A stretch of 37,356 nt of DNA. Source: Acidobacteriota bacterium (GTDB taxonomy: Bacteria; Acidobacteriota; Vicinamibacteria; Vicinamibacterales; UBA8438). Both the position numbers and the translations under genes were made by a program. The notes beneath the pieces were generated by a model. That model saw nothing but the letters and a program-made list of their open reading frames with translations. It had not been told where the DNA came from and did not search any database. The stretch lies in assembly GCA_002712885.1 (NCBI GenBank), contig PAUN01000056.1:33135-70490 (forward strand), written 5' to 3'. This document shows, one piece after another, positions 36,572 through 37,356 of the stretch. Each line of letters starts with the position of its first letter. The stretch's first letter is position 1.

Positions 36572-37264
36572 ATGAACGTCAAGGCTACGATCGCAGAACT
36601 TATAGGCACCTTCATCCTTGTTTTCATTGGAACAGCCACGGCCGTTCTGGCTGGCTCAACACTACTCGGCGAGAGTGGCATGCCCATTCTAGCGATTGCC
36701 TTCGCATTCGGCTTTACCCTGATGGTGCTGGTTTACACGATCGGACCAATTTCGGGCTGTCACATCAATCCGGCCGTGACGATTGCGATGCTCATCGCCA
36801 AGAAGATTTCAGTTAAAGATGCTGTCCCCTACATGGTTGCACAAGTCATTGGCGGCATTTTGGCCAGCGTGGTTCTGCGGGCGCTGTTAACAGGCATCCA
36901 GACCTACAGCGTCGGACAACATGGGCTCGGCGCCAACGGCATCGCGCTCGGCGACCTCATGACACCTGGATCGATGCTCGGTTTCGAAATCGTGCTGACA
37001 GCCCTCTTCCTTTACGTCATCTTCAACGCCACATCGTCCAAGGCAACCCCCGGCGCAGCCGGCCTGGCCATCGGCGGATTTCTGTTTGTGGCCCATTTGA
37101 TCGGCGTACCGCTGGGCGACTCGTCATTGAACCCAGCCCGTAGCATTGGCCCAGCTCTACTGCAGGGCGGTGCAGCCGTCAGCGAGCTTTGGATCTTCGT
37201 CGTTGGCCCAATCGTTGGCGCCGTGATTGGCGCCTTGCTCTACAAGCTGACCGCTGACGAATAG
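36572..37264 (+). CDS. aqpZ: MIP family channel, aquaporin Z-like
   Basis: AELIGTF, ISGCHINPAVT and SLNPARS (two NPA boxes), six hydrophobic helices, His and Arg at the expected ar/R positions; 230 aa. Confidence 0.85.
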   Translation: MNVKATIAELIGTFILVFIGTATAVLAGSTLLGESGMPILAIAFAFGFTLMVLVYTIGPISGCHINPAVTIAMLIAKKISVKDAVPYMVAQVIGGILASVVLRALLTGIQTYSVGQHGLGANGIALGDLMTPGSMLGFEIVLTALFLYVIFNATSSKATPGAAGLAIGGFLFVAHLIGVPLGDSSLNPARSIGPALLQGGAAVSELWIFVVGPIVGAVIGALLYKLTADE

Positions 37265-37356
37265 AGTTCGCCGAAAGGCAATTCCCCAAAACGCTGAGCC
37301 ACAAACGGCAGACGCGATGCCCCGCTGGCAACAGCTGTTGCGAATCATGGTTACAG

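Noticed and set aside
37265-37285. Terminator after the aquaporin gene (GCC-GAAA-GGC)
   Set aside because: The stem is short and bulged with no U tract; not enough to call.

Overview
GC-rich bacterial DNA. The gene families present (PGTRLG-type Ser/Thr kinase, MacB/FtsX 'ADOP'-like permease remnant, ankyrin + DUF1592 + DUF1552 module, several PQQ enzymes) suggest an Acidobacteriota (Vicinamibacteria-like) host; this is inference. The main recognisable system is a quinohemoprotein amine dehydrogenase cluster with all structural and maturation genes: qhpG-A-D-C-B on the minus strand and divergent qhpF-E (about 4.7-13.6 kb). Its CTQ-bearing gamma subunit is unusual, with a fifth Cys in a C-x5-D motif, active-site substitutions and an extended leader. 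The best candidates for undescribed biology are: (i) a tightly coupled operon of secreted hydrolase, methyltransferase, folB, pterin/folate-reductase-like SDR, PLD-family phosphodiesterase and CYTH triphosphatase (28.8-34.5 kb), which may be an unusual pterin pathway; (ii) a stand-alone bacterial protein made of two PARP-type zinc fingers; (iii) an ankyrin/dihaem DUF1592/Tat DUF1552 module. Also present: two PQQ dehydrogenases, an MBL-fold hydrolase, a ThuA-like protein, a tandem cupin, a TonB-dependent receptor, an AlkZ-like winged-helix protein, an aquaporin, a TA-flanked 109-bp MITE-like element supplying the stop codons of two convergent genes, REP-like palindromes and several gene remnants. 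I saw no rRNA, tRNA, CRISPR array or transposase. All family calls come from motif recognition by eye, not database searches.
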